Made by a program: the position numbers and the translations under genes. The notes under the pieces are model-generated. The model saw only the letters and a program-made list of their open reading frames with translations, did no database searches and had not been told where the DNA came from. DNA of 64,000 nt from Candidatus Thorarchaeota archaeon SMTZ1-45 (lineage in GTDB: Archaea > Asgardarchaeota > Thorarchaeia > Thorarchaeales > Thorarchaeaceae): positions 64,001 to 128,000 of the forward strand of contig LRSL01000069.1 of NCBI GenBank assembly GCA_001563335.1, given 5' to 3'. Numbering within the stretch: the stretch's first letter is position 1; each line of letters begins with the position of its first letter. Below, one piece after another: positions 49,127 to 58,972 of this stretch.

Positions 49127-49280
49127 TTATCCAGATACATTACCAGATATTATTTACATAATCCGTGAATAATACATGCTAGAACACGTGTTCTAACCTT
49201 CAAAATTCCTGTTCAATACCACAAAACTGATACAGTACTCACAATTTTCACCGAATAACTCATACATGGAGGATCAGCTA

Positions 49281-51182
49281 ATGACAAAATCCAAGGAACT
49301 TCTTGAAGATCAACCAGGAAAAGAAATTCTTCTCCTAGCAAATGAAGCAATTGCACGAGGTGTTTTAGAAGCTGGTGTTAGAATAGTAGCTCTTTATCCT
49401 GGTACACCAAGTAGTGAAATTGGAAATAACCTTACATTTATGGCACCGCATATTCCAAATTTCTATTTTGAATTCAGTACAAATGAAAAAGTTGCATTAG
49501 AAGTAGCTGGTGCAGCTGCTGTTGCTGGCGTAAGATCTATGATGGTATGCAAAGGTCCTGGTCTCAATGTAGCTGCTGATCCATTCTTTTCTTTATCATA
49601 TGTTGGTGTTCGAGGAGGATTGGTAGTTGTCGTAGCAGATGACCCAAGTATGTGGAGCTCACAAAATGAGAATGACAGTAGATACTATGCACTAATGGGA
49701 AACATGCCAATGATGGAACCTGCTGATCCAATAGAAGCAAAATCTATGTTGCTTGAGGCTTACAAGCTTTCTGAAAAATTAGAGCTCCCAGTACTCTTCC
49801 GAACAACAACAAGAGTGAATCATACTCGAGCTCCAGTGAAATTTGGGAAAATTCTTCAACGTCCGAATAAAATTGAATTTGAAAAAGAACCATTTCGATT
49901 TGTTCCCATTCCTTCTGTTGCTCGAAAAAGACATCCATGGCTTCTTGGACAAATAGATATTGCACGTGAATTATCAGAAAAAAGCAAACTAAACTTTACA
50001 GAGGGTAAAGGTGATCTTGGGATAATCACTTCTGGAGTTTCATATAACTATGTCATTGAAGCACTATTAATCATGAAAATAAAAGCAGAAGTCTTGAAAC
50101 TTGGAATCACACATCCAGTCCCTGAAAAAATGATTATAGATTTTCTTAGTCGTCATAAACAGGTTATGATTGTTGAAGAGTTGGAACCATTTTTAGAAAC
50201 ACATGCAAGACGTCTAGCACAACTGAACAAAGTCAATGTAGAAATCATCGGAAAGGAACAAGGAATATTCTCACGCACTTACGAGTATAGTCCTCGAATT
50301 GTCATGAATGCTTTAAATAAAATTACTACACGTAATACACCTATTAATTGGGAAGAAATCGATAAGAAAACCCAAGAATTACCAGAGCTACCTCCAAGAC
50401 CTCCACTTCTATGCGCTGGGTGTCCACATAGAGCAACTTACTATGCGATTAGAACTGCCACAAGAGGAAAAGCTATCTATCCTTCTGATATTGGCTGTTA
50501 CACATTAAGCATTTCTTCTCCACTAGAAACTGCAGACATACTATTTGACATGGGATCTTCAATAACTACTGCTTGTGGTCTTGCAGAGGTTACAGATCAA
50601 GATATAGTTGCTTCAATCGGTGATAGTACATTCTTTGCTTCTGGTCTACCAGGTATTACAAATGCAGTTTATAATCAGCATCGAATCTGTGTTGTTGTAC
50701 TTGATAACCGTACTACTGCAATGACTGGTCATCAACCTCACCCTGGTACTGGAGTGACTGGTATGCAAAAGGAAGTTCCACCATTGGATATCGAAGAAGT
50801 ATGTAAGGGGCTTGGTGTTAAGTATGTCAAGACAGTTGAACCATTTGAGTCAATGGCAAGTTTGGTTGCAGAGGTACGTGAGATGGTCAAATGGACCAGA
50901 GAGAATCATAGTCCTGCAGTCTTAATATCAAAAGAACCGTGTGCTCTTCTTACTGCTGCTGAACGCCAACGTGCAGGTGAATTTCCACCCAAGTACTATG
51001 TCGACTCAGAGATCTGTAATGCATGCAAGCGCTGCCTTAATCGCCTATCTTGTCCTGCTATGTATATGGATTCTGAAACAGAACAAGCAATAATTGATGA
51101 CACATTATGTAATCTTTGTGGAACTTGTGTTTCAGTATGTCCACAGGGAGCTATAAAACGGGAGGAAACCGTAAATGAATAG
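49281..51182 (+). CDS. iorA: indolepyruvate ferredoxin oxidoreductase alpha subunit
   Basis: ANEAIARG, YPGTPSSE, NEKVALE, LCAGCPH, DIGCY, GDSTF, C-terminal 2x[4Fe-4S]. Confidence 0.95.
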   Translation: MTKSKELLEDQPGKEILLLANEAIARGVLEAGVRIVALYPGTPSSEIGNNLTFMAPHIPNFYFEFSTNEKVALEVAGAAAVAGVRSMMVCKGPGLNVAADPFFSLSYVGVRGGLVVVVADDPSMWSSQNENDSRYYALMGNMPMMEPADPIEAKSMLLEAYKLSEKLELPVLFRTTTRVNHTRAPVKFGKILQRPNKIEFEKEPFRFVPIPSVARKRHPWLLGQIDIARELSEKSKLNFTEGKGDLGIITSGVSYNYVIEALLIMKIKAEVLKLGITHPVPEKMIIDFLSRHKQVMIVEELEPFLETHARRLAQLNKVNVEIIGKEQGIFSRTYEYSPRIVMNALNKITTRNTPINWEEIDKKTQELPELPPRPPLLCAGCPHRATYYAIRTATRGKAIYPSDIGCYTLSISSPLETADILFDMGSSITTACGLAEVTDQDIVASIGDSTFFASGLPGITNAVYNQHRICVVVLDNRTTAMTGHQPHPGTGVTGMQKEVPPLDIEEVCKGLGVKYVKTVEPFESMASLVAEVREMVKWTRENHSPAVLISKEPCALLTAAERQRAGEFPPKYYVDSEICNACKRCLNRLSCPAMYMDSETEQAIIDDTLCNLCGTCVSVCPQGAIKREETVNE

Positions 51183-51792
51183 TATTACTAGTAATACAGT
51201 GAATATTGCAATTACTGGAGTAGGAGGTCAAGGAGTTCTAACTCTTTCCGAGATTTTAGCAAGGGCTGCATTAGAATGTGGTTTCAATGTTCGTGTAGGA
51301 GAAATCCATGGAATGGCTCAGAGGGGGGGTCATGTCGTTTGTACAGTTCGAATAGGTAAGAATGCTAGAGGTCCAATTATTGATCCAGGTTTTGCTCATC
51401 TTCTTGTTGGATTCGAACCCCTTGAAACTCTAAGGGAAATTAATCTTGTCAAACAAGGCGGATGCATTCTCATGAGTTCTCATGTACAATACCCTGTTGC
51501 AGTTTCAATGGGTCACTCTAAATATCCTAGCCATGAAGAAATAATCAAGAACATGAAAAAATATACTGACAGAATAATCGAATTTGACGCTTTAGAGCTT
51601 GCAGTAAAAGCAGGAAGCACTCAAGCACTCAATATGGTTATGTTAGGAGCAATCATTGGTACTAACTTAGTACCAATCACAAAAGAAGTGGCACTCAATG
51701 TTGTTCGTACAGCATTCCCAAAGAAATTTGAGAAAATCAATGTTAATGCAACAAAATTGGGTTTTGAAATGGCACAAGCTTGCAAGAAGTAA
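51175..51792 (+). CDS. iorB: indolepyruvate ferredoxin oxidoreductase beta subunit
   Basis: GVGGQG, EIHGMAQRGG, NMVMLG. Confidence 0.95.
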   Translation: MNSITSNTVNIAITGVGGQGVLTLSEILARAALECGFNVRVGEIHGMAQRGGHVVCTVRIGKNARGPIIDPGFAHLLVGFEPLETLREINLVKQGGCILMSSHVQYPVAVSMGHSKYPSHEEIIKNMKKYTDRIIEFDALELAVKAGSTQALNMVMLGAIIGTNLVPITKEVALNVVRTAFPKKFEKINVNATKLGFEMAQACKK

Positions 51793-51817
51793 CTCTCTAA
51801 TACTAGTATTACAATTA

Positions 51818-54175
51818 TTAACTAATTAATTTTGCACCTGCAACGACAACTTGTCCAATTGAAATTCCACCGTCACCTGGTGGTACATTGAGATGTATCA
51901 GTGGTTTAAGATTCTCTTTCTTTATTTGATCAATAACTGCCTTTGTGATAATCCGATTAAGAGCAACACCTCCAGAAAAACCAACATACTTTAGACTCTT
52001 CTCTTTAGCTACAGAACAAGCAATATCAGCCAATGAGTTCCCAAGATACCACTGTGCAGCATAAGCAATCTCTTCCTTATTGATACCTTTCTTTCTTAAT
52101 TCAAGAATTTTTATCAAGCCATCTACAATATCTAAATCCAATCCATTTTTCATCGATTTAAATTCAGGAGGGATTCGTAAGTCTGTTTTTCTTGCTACAG
52201 ATTCAAGTTTCATTGGACATTCACCATCGTATGAGTTTTTAGAACAAATACCAAGTATCATTGCCACTGCATCAAGGAATCTTCCAGCACTTGTACTATT
52301 TATTGTGTTTATTCGACGACTAATTGTGTCAAGGATAATATCCAGTGAATCTGTGTCCATATCAATTTCAGGTCCAATTGGTGCTGAACCAACAATTTTT
52401 AGAATCTCGTTTTTCTCTAAAGACTCACTTAGAATTCCTGTAACGGACCTTGCTGCATAAATTGCTGAGAGATCTCCACCAGGATAGTTCACATTTCTGA
52501 GACCGCCTGCTCTTTTGAATTCTCTAAGGTCACCTAGTAATATTTCTCCTCCCCACCCAGTATTATCCATGCTCAAACCATAGCCATCTGCTGTAATACA
52601 AACAATACTTGTATCAATTCCCAAATTATGATCTGCAATCATAGATGCAAGGTGCGCATGATGATGCTGTACTCGAAAGAGTGGAATATCTTGATCAATA
52701 CTCATTTGCTCTGCAAATTCAGTAGTCAAAAAATCAGGATGGTAATCACATGCAATCCCATCGAGCTCGTTTACATCAAGAAGATGAAGAAGATGCTTTA
52801 TAGCATCAGACAGAAATTCCAAACTTTCAACTCGATTAATATCACCAATATGCTGAGTTGGATAAATTCTTCCTGATTTCAAAACAGAAGCTGTTACCTT
52901 TTCCTCAGGACCAACACCAACTATTTCAATAGATTTCCAGAAATCCGTTAATTGAAGTGGATCTGGAACATATCCTCTTGCTCGTCGTAAAAAGACTGGT
53001 TTGTTGTTGTCCACAAATTTGACAACAGAATCATCAGCTCTTTGGTAAATTCTACGATTATGAATCAGAGAATAATCAACTATGTCCTTGAGCTCAGAAA
53101 CAATAACCTCAGGTTCAATATACATTGGTACACCCGTAGGGTTTGCACTTGTCATTATCAAAGCAGGCTCATTTGTATATTGAAATAAAAGATGATGAAT
53201 AGGTGCATAAGGTAGCATAACCCCAATAGTATCAAGACCTGGTGCGATAACATCTTGCACATCATCTGGAACCACCTCTGATTCTGTTTTCTTTTGTAAA
53301 AGGACTATAGGTCTTCGCCAAGATTCCAAGAGTTCTCGTTGCATATCAGTAAAATATACAAACTGTTCTAGGACTGAAAGATTTCTTACCATTATTGCAA
53401 AAGGGCGCTGGGATCTTTTTTTCCTTTGTCTTAAAGTTTCAATTGCTCTAGAACTGGATGTCTTTGTTGCAATATGAGTTCCTCCAATACCCTGTATCGC
53501 AATTACTCTATTCTTGTCAAGCATTTGCATAATATATTGTACAGGATTATCTGTTTCAATCTGAATTCCGTTTGCATTAACTACCCTATAGAGAGGTCCA
53601 CAATTTTTACAAGCAGTTGTTTGAGCATGATAACGTCTATCGATAGGATTTGTATAACCTGTATTACAAGTATCACAAAGAGGGAAATCAATCATAGTTG
53701 TGTTTGGTCGGTCATATGGAAGATTTGTTATAGTCGAGAATCTTGGTCCACAAGCTGCACATGATGTAAATGGATATCTATACCATCGAGATTCCTGAGA
53801 TAACAAATCTTCAATACAATTATCACATATCGCAATATCTGGCGGCAAAATAGGGATAGATCCTTCTGTTCGTGTTTCTAAGGATTTTCTTATTTCAAAT
53901 GATGTAAATGAATCAGTGCTATTAGTCCAATTAACAGAAATCGAATCAATACGCGAAATAGATGGAGGACTTTTCTTAATAGTATCAATCAATTTTTTGA
54001 TATCAGATTTTTGTCCTTCTACAACAATCTTTACTCCCGCATCACCCAAATTAAGAACAAATCCTGTGAGCAAGAGAGACTCAGCAATATTATACACAAA
54101 TGGTCTAAAGCCAACTCCCTGAACTATTCCTGTCACATGAATATCAGCTCTTTTCTTCACAGATGAAGACACCAT
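51818..54175 (-). CDS. hypF: hydrogenase maturation carbamoyltransferase
   Basis: GIVQGVGFRP, Zn fingers, RRYHAQ, QHHHAH, PPGDGGISIGQ. Confidence 0.96.
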   Translation of the reverse strand: MVSSSVKKRADIHVTGIVQGVGFRPFVYNIAESLLLTGFVLNLGDAGVKIVVEGQKSDIKKLIDTIKKSPPSISRIDSISVNWTNSTDSFTSFEIRKSLETRTEGSIPILPPDIAICDNCIEDLLSQESRWYRYPFTSCAACGPRFSTITNLPYDRPNTTMIDFPLCDTCNTGYTNPIDRRYHAQTTACKNCGPLYRVVNANGIQIETDNPVQYIMQMLDKNRVIAIQGIGGTHIATKTSSSRAIETLRQRKKRSQRPFAIMVRNLSVLEQFVYFTDMQRELLESWRRPIVLLQKKTESEVVPDDVQDVIAPGLDTIGVMLPYAPIHHLLFQYTNEPALIMTSANPTGVPMYIEPEVIVSELKDIVDYSLIHNRRIYQRADDSVVKFVDNNKPVFLRRARGYVPDPLQLTDFWKSIEIVGVGPEEKVTASVLKSGRIYPTQHIGDINRVESLEFLSDAIKHLLHLLDVNELDGIACDYHPDFLTTEFAEQMSIDQDIPLFRVQHHHAHLASMIADHNLGIDTSIVCITADGYGLSMDNTGWGGEILLGDLREFKRAGGLRNVNYPGGDLSAIYAARSVTGILSESLEKNEILKIVGSAPIGPEIDMDTDSLDIILDTISRRINTINSTSAGRFLDAVAMILGICSKNSYDGECPMKLESVARKTDLRIPPEFKSMKNGLDLDIVDGLIKILELRKKGINKEEIAYAAQWYLGNSLADIACSVAKEKSLKYVGFSGGVALNRIITKAVIDQIKKENLKPLIHLNVPPGDGGISIGQVVVAGAKLIS

Positions 54176-54309
54176 GATGTTTCGTAACCAATCTCGATAT
54201 TAATCCAATGAAGTGACAAAATCAATATTGTATTACAAGAAATACCAATTCTGTGTTAACTCTTTATAGGTCCTCTTAAGGTTCCTGTAGGAAAAAAGAT
54301 TGAGCTGCC

Positions 54310-54726
54310 TTGACAATCCGAACAGACCAATCCCGATCTCTGATGCAAGAACCTGATGTTACTCCTTCAATATTGGCATCTGTACCCGAGTGTCTGAGAG
54401 ATGTTCTCAAAGAATCAATTAGTCAAAAAGGAAGAGGAAGAAAATCTGTCTTAATCTCCAGTAATAATCTCACTAACAGATTCATCTTTTCAAGATGGGG
54501 CATACGACCTTCGCAACGAAGACGATACAAGAATCTCTTCGCTTCTGTAAGAAAACAAAGCCGAGTGGTATTTCAACATTTTCTCTTACGTGGTCGAATT
54601 GAGTGGATCGATGATTCTGGGAAAAATGTCTTTGGGATTTACAAATTTGATGAGATTAGAGGGAATTTGATTCTAGGATTTGTTATGATTACGCCTGAAT
54701 CAGAATGGACTCTCTCAAACAGATAG
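54310..54726 (+). CDS. hypothetical basic protein
   Basis: 138-aa ORF, Arg/Lys-rich, no recognised motif. Confidence 0.65.
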   Translation: MTIRTDQSRSLMQEPDVTPSILASVPECLRDVLKESISQKGRGRKSVLISSNNLTNRFIFSRWGIRPSQRRRYKNLFASVRKQSRVVFQHFLLRGRIEWIDDSGKNVFGIYKFDEIRGNLILGFVMITPESEWTLSNR

Positions 54727-54959
54727 TCATCATTTTTTCCACTTTGTAATACAAATATTCCATTATTGACTGACTGAAAATTACTTAAGACTCTAGATAC
54801 TCTATTGTATACAAAATTGTATCCACCCATTGGGACTTGTGAACTGTTCTAGAAAAAGACATTATAATGCTCTATTTGTAATTTAAAGAGCTCTAATGAC
54901 TGATACCAGACACATCTCTAACAAGCTCCAAACATGGATATCCAAAGTGGTAGTTAGAC

Positions 54960-55508
54960 TTGCAATTCAAAAATACTCGACAAACTTCTGATAAGAAAGT
55001 AATGAAACAATTGGCAATTGGAACACGACACGTACTAAAAGAGCCAATTCTAAAGAAGCTTCAAGAAGGATCTGTGCTAAGTGAAGTTCAATTAGAAACT
55101 CTCCTTATCGATTTGGTTTTAGAAGACAGTCTGGGATCACATATCACATATGAAGATAAAGCAACAATCCGAACAAAATATGGGACCAGGTCTCGTGGCG
55201 TTTCAAGAGGGGCATTCAATAGAACTTTGAATCAGGCTCGTCGAAACTTATCCCGTTGTTTTTACACTATGTTGTTACTAGCATACTTAGGTCTCTTTGA
55301 ATTAACAATATTTCGTCCTTTCGAAGAAGTTGCTGCTCGTATAGGTGATTACAGAAGAATCCGCGATATTCTCGCTGGAAAAGTTGAGCTAACAACAGAA
55401 GAACTCGAAAGCATTAGAGCTACTGAAAGAACAATCATGGCTGCACTTGACGAGCTTTCATCCTCACTAGCGCTTAAATCAGAGATATCCAAAAAGAAGT
55501 CTGATTAA
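54960..55508 (+). CDS. hypothetical HTH-like DNA-binding protein
   Basis: LSEVQLETLLID...GVSRGAFNRTLNQARRN...YTMLLLAYLG pattern seen in TACK/Asgard hypotheticals. Confidence 0.7.
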   Translation: MQFKNTRQTSDKKVMKQLAIGTRHVLKEPILKKLQEGSVLSEVQLETLLIDLVLEDSLGSHITYEDKATIRTKYGTRSRGVSRGAFNRTLNQARRNLSRCFYTMLLLAYLGLFELTIFRPFEEVAARIGDYRRIRDILAGKVELTTEELESIRATERTIMAALDELSSSLALKSEISKKKSD

Positions 55509-55531
55509 TCAACAAAGAAAGAAAGCGGCTC

Positions 55532-55715
55532 GAGCGTGTCGCACCAAGGAGCAATCCAACGTATTTGAGCACAGTCCTTCTCCAGCACTCAAGCAACCAT
55601 TTAGGTCATCCTGGAGGTTTGTTTGAGGAGATAGAGATGACAATGACGAGTGCCTGAAACGTCGGAAAGGTGTGTCCTATCCACGTCGGCTTACTTGCCA
55701 TTGCACGACACACTC
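55532..55715 (-). ncRNA. unidentified rod-shaped structured RNA (about 184 nt)
   Basis: Nested complementary helices, GC-rich island in an AT-rich intergenic region, TATA-like element upstream and T-rich tract downstream on the minus strand. Confidence 0.6.
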
Positions 55716-55914
55716 ATATTATACATGGTAACAATTATACATAGTTCTATTCTTAGAACGGGAATTTTCGTCATATTTTCATGTTCTATTTGGCGCTTAA
55801 TCAAACAAATTGATACATGTATTACAATTTATACAATTTTGAATACCCGAAGAAACCTTAATCGTAATCTCATGGTGACAATAGATTGTACACCATACCA
55901 GTAGTGATGACAAC

Positions 55915-57165
55915 TTGGTTGATGATAATAGTCGTGATAGAATCTTCAAAGCAGTCAGGCAACGTATCAAAGAAACTGACGAAATAGAAAGAATACAGGT
56001 CATGGCAAATGCAATTGGAGATCGTCGTTACAGAGACCTAGTAGATATAGTTTCTAGAATTGAAAGTGAAGAAGGCTGGTCCACAGCGCTTGAATACCTA
56101 CTGAAAGCACAACATCAAAAGTATTCATCACCATTTATCATTGGTCAAGACAAAACAAACCTGGAAGAGTTGAAGTATCGAGAGATGGTATTCGAACTAT
56201 TATCATGTAAAGGACTAGAACCAATCACCCCAGGAACAACTGATCTTCTGAAGAATCTGGACCAAGAATCCTCACTTATTGATGCTTCCCGTGTTTTTAT
56301 AGACATTGTAGAAAAGTTAGCTATTGAACAAATACATACTGATGACACACTATTCTTTGACTTCTCTTATAATATTTCAATCTCTAAAGAAACTGTGAAA
56401 ATCTTAGATCAAGTCAGAAACAAGAATATTCATACCATCTCTCTTGAAAGGAAGGAAGAACAATTCAATATCGAACCTCTATGGTACACTGAGTATGGTC
56501 GACTTGCCTTGTCAACACTCGGAATCAAAGGTTTTGTAGTGAACACTGACACATTTGATAGTATACTATCAATAATACAAGTGCCTAGTCTTATTAGAAC
56601 AAAGAATGTCAATAAATTCTCTTTCAAGAGTAAAAAGAGAGATTCGTGGACTCGCCCCACAAATCAAACATACAAAAATCTACTGGATTATCTTATTCAT
56701 CATGATGTGAATAACTTAGGCTTACTAGGAAGTAGACACTCTATACCACTACTAAATATTCTGCTTGATGGAGCTTCTTCCACATATGAAAATTTACAGT
56801 CTTCAAGTGGTTACAGAGAGATACTCAATTGTATGAATGCACATCTCTCTGTTCGTGATATTGAATCAATTCTTGTTTTAGAAAAATCATCACAAATGAA
56901 GAACACACGGATTGCGACAATGGCAATTCTAGCTATTGGTAGCTTTTATCATGAATCATCTGCTACGACACTTGTAGATTTGTTGTGTAAAAGTAAAAAC
57001 AATGAGATAGAGGAAGCTGCTACAAAGGCACTTGAAAGTGTCTACAAAAGATGTCCTGAGGCTGATTATATTATTACTACTTCATTAAACAATGAATGCA
57101 AAAATCGCAGAAAACTAACCAACCTATATCGGCGTCTAAGCAAAGAAAAACCATTGTATTATTAG
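55915..57165 (+). CDS. hypothetical protein with C-terminal HEAT-like repeats
   Basis: RIATMAILAIGSF..ESSATTLVDLL...EIEEAATKALE. Confidence 0.7.
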   Translation: MVDDNSRDRIFKAVRQRIKETDEIERIQVMANAIGDRRYRDLVDIVSRIESEEGWSTALEYLLKAQHQKYSSPFIIGQDKTNLEELKYREMVFELLSCKGLEPITPGTTDLLKNLDQESSLIDASRVFIDIVEKLAIEQIHTDDTLFFDFSYNISISKETVKILDQVRNKNIHTISLERKEEQFNIEPLWYTEYGRLALSTLGIKGFVVNTDTFDSILSIIQVPSLIRTKNVNKFSFKSKKRDSWTRPTNQTYKNLLDYLIHHDVNNLGLLGSRHSIPLLNILLDGASSTYENLQSSSGYREILNCMNAHLSVRDIESILVLEKSSQMKNTRIATMAILAIGSFYHESSATTLVDLLCKSKNNEIEEAATKALESVYKRCPEADYIITTSLNNECKNRRKLTNLYRRLSKEKPLYY

Positions 57166-57227
57166 TAATACATAAAATACTAACTCTGACGACAAACATA
57201 AATCACACTCAACTCTGGCGTGCAAGT

Positions 57228-58613
57228 ATGAAAAGTTTTGAAACTGAGCTATTCAAGAACATAGATCTATTCTTCAATCCAAAGAGAGTCGCTCTTGTTG
57301 GCGCGTCCACAGATTACAGAAAGCTTGGTAATTCAATACTTATGAATCTATTAACATCTGAAATTGAAGTCTTCCCAATAACACGTAATACAGAACGAGT
57401 CTTAGGTGTACAAGCCTACAAGAGTCTTAGTGATTTACCAAAACCTGTTGATTTAGTTATAGTCGCAGTTGCTGCTAAATACTGTTCATCACTTATGCCT
57501 GAAATAAGAAAAGCTGGTGCAAGAAACGCAGTAATAATTTCAGGTGGTTTCAGTGAAGCAGGTCCTGAAGGCGCAGAATTAGAAAAGAATCTTGTAAAAG
57601 CTGCTCGAGAAGCAGGAGTTCGTATACTTGGTCCAAATTGTGTTGGTATTTCTAATACTCGTTTGTTCAATGGTACATTCACGATGATGCCAGAACGTGG
57701 CAATATTGCATTTGTTTCTCAAAGCGGAGCTCTTGGAGGAATGATTATCTATACTACTAGAGCGAAGAGAATTGGGATGAGCAAGTTTGCCAGCATTGGT
57801 AATTCTGCAGATATTGGATTTGTTGAAATTCTTAATTACTTCAGAGAAGATTCAAAATCGTCAGTCATTGCCGCTTATATTGAGGGCATTAATGAAGGTC
57901 GAACTCTTTTCGAGTCACTGCAAAAAGCAGCCAAAGTAAAACCCGTAGTCATATTAAAAGGTGGGCGAAGTGAAGAAGGTGGTCGTGCCACTCAATCACA
58001 TACTGGATCCTTAGCTGGTTCTACCAAACTATTTGATGCAATGATACGCCAAGCTGGTTGTGTTACTGCACCAACATTGGATACCTTATTTGAAATTTGC
58101 AAACTCTTTGATTATCAACCCAAACCAAAAGGAAATCGTATTGGCATTATTAGTAATACAGGAGGTGCAGGAGTTCTTGCCACTGATGCCGCATCAAACT
58201 TAAACCTTCAAATTGCTCGTCTTGACGAAGAAACAAGAGAAGAGCTTAAACAAGTTCTTCCACCAATGGCTTCTACCAATAATCCAATTGATGTTGTGGC
58301 TAGTGGAGGTAGAAGAGAATATAGGATAGCTACTGAACTCCTGTTGAAAGACTCTAATGTCGACATACTACTTGTTATATGCGCAGTTCCAACTTTTGCA
58401 GGAATGACACAGACAGAACATGCAGCAGGAACTCTAGAAGGTGTCCGCTCTGTTTCAATAGATAAACCAATTATAGGAGTATGGTTAGCCGGAGATGTTG
58501 GCAAACCAGGAAAAGATCTTTTAGAAATGAATAAGATACCTTGCTACGATGACCCTGCGCAAGCCGCACTTTGTATTGCAAGAGTAGCTGAATATGCAAT
58601 CATGCATCGTTAA
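57228..58613 (+). CDS. acdA: ADP-forming acyl-CoA synthetase alpha subunit
   Basis: FFNPKRVALVGAS, GPNCVG, SQSG, SHTGSLAG (phospho-His), NPID. Confidence 0.92.
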   Translation: MKSFETELFKNIDLFFNPKRVALVGASTDYRKLGNSILMNLLTSEIEVFPITRNTERVLGVQAYKSLSDLPKPVDLVIVAVAAKYCSSLMPEIRKAGARNAVIISGGFSEAGPEGAELEKNLVKAAREAGVRILGPNCVGISNTRLFNGTFTMMPERGNIAFVSQSGALGGMIIYTTRAKRIGMSKFASIGNSADIGFVEILNYFREDSKSSVIAAYIEGINEGRTLFESLQKAAKVKPVVILKGGRSEEGGRATQSHTGSLAGSTKLFDAMIRQAGCVTAPTLDTLFEICKLFDYQPKPKGNRIGIISNTGGAGVLATDAASNLNLQIARLDEETREELKQVLPPMASTNNPIDVVASGGRREYRIATELLLKDSNVDILLVICAVPTFAGMTQTEHAAGTLEGVRSVSIDKPIIGVWLAGDVGKPGKDLLEMNKIPCYDDPAQAALCIARVAEYAIMHR

Positions 58614-58668
58614 CTCTTGAACTATCTATTCTTGAATCCTAATATCAATATTACAATTGATTTACTTT

Positions 58669-58971
58669 CTATGACTCAAGATATTCTTCAGCAATCTGTG
58701 GGAACTCCTGCACAACCGCTTCTCGGAGCTGTTTCTCTACCCACATACTCAAGTTAATTGCCTTTGATTTTCTGATCGCTTTCAAACAAGCTCTGAGATC
58801 AGTTGGAATAGAGAAAGAAACGATTGGACTTTTACGTTCTCTATTTGGAACAGAAGATATGAACTCACTCTGTTCTGCTACTGCTCTAGTTTCTCGAGCT
58901 ATCACCCTTGTTGGTTTTTCCTCTCCCTCTTCTTTTTCCGCTTCTTTTCTATACTTTCCAAGTAAACTCAT
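58669..58971 (-). CDS. ribbon-helix-helix protein with flexible charged N-terminus
   Basis: RKSPIVSFSIPTDLRACLKAIRKSKAINLSMWVEKQLREAV (beta-alpha-alpha); start ATG 58971 right after the ATPase stop. Confidence 0.72.
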   Translation of the reverse strand: MSLLGKYRKEAEKEEGEEKPTRVIARETRAVAEQSEFISSVPNRERKSPIVSFSIPTDLRACLKAIRKSKAINLSMWVEKQLREAVVQEFPQIAEEYLES

Positions 58972-58972
58972 T

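Larger units (their letters stand above)
48521..49195. repeat. four copies of a 16-bp palindrome (consensus TAGAACAYGTGTTCTA) at 48521-48536, 48852-48867, 48934-48949, 49180-49195
   Basis: CAGAACACGTGTTCTC, TAGAACATGTGTTCTA, TGGAACATGTGTTCTA, TAGAACACGTGTTCTA read directly. Confidence 0.9.

Noticed and set aside
48521-49195. CRISPR array suggested by the repeats plus the Cas2-like gene
   Set aside because: Repeats are only 16 bp with irregular spacing (about 315, 66 and 230 bp) and no cas1 or other cas genes
55640-55665. Hammerhead ribozyme or SECIS (ATGACGA...GAAAC)
   Set aside because: No CTGA core or stem II, no SECIS stem, and the upstream gene has no in-frame TGA
55650-56003. 84-aa and 68-aa ORFs
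   Set aside because: Overlap the structured RNA/promoter or lie antisense to a longer gene; no protein-like features
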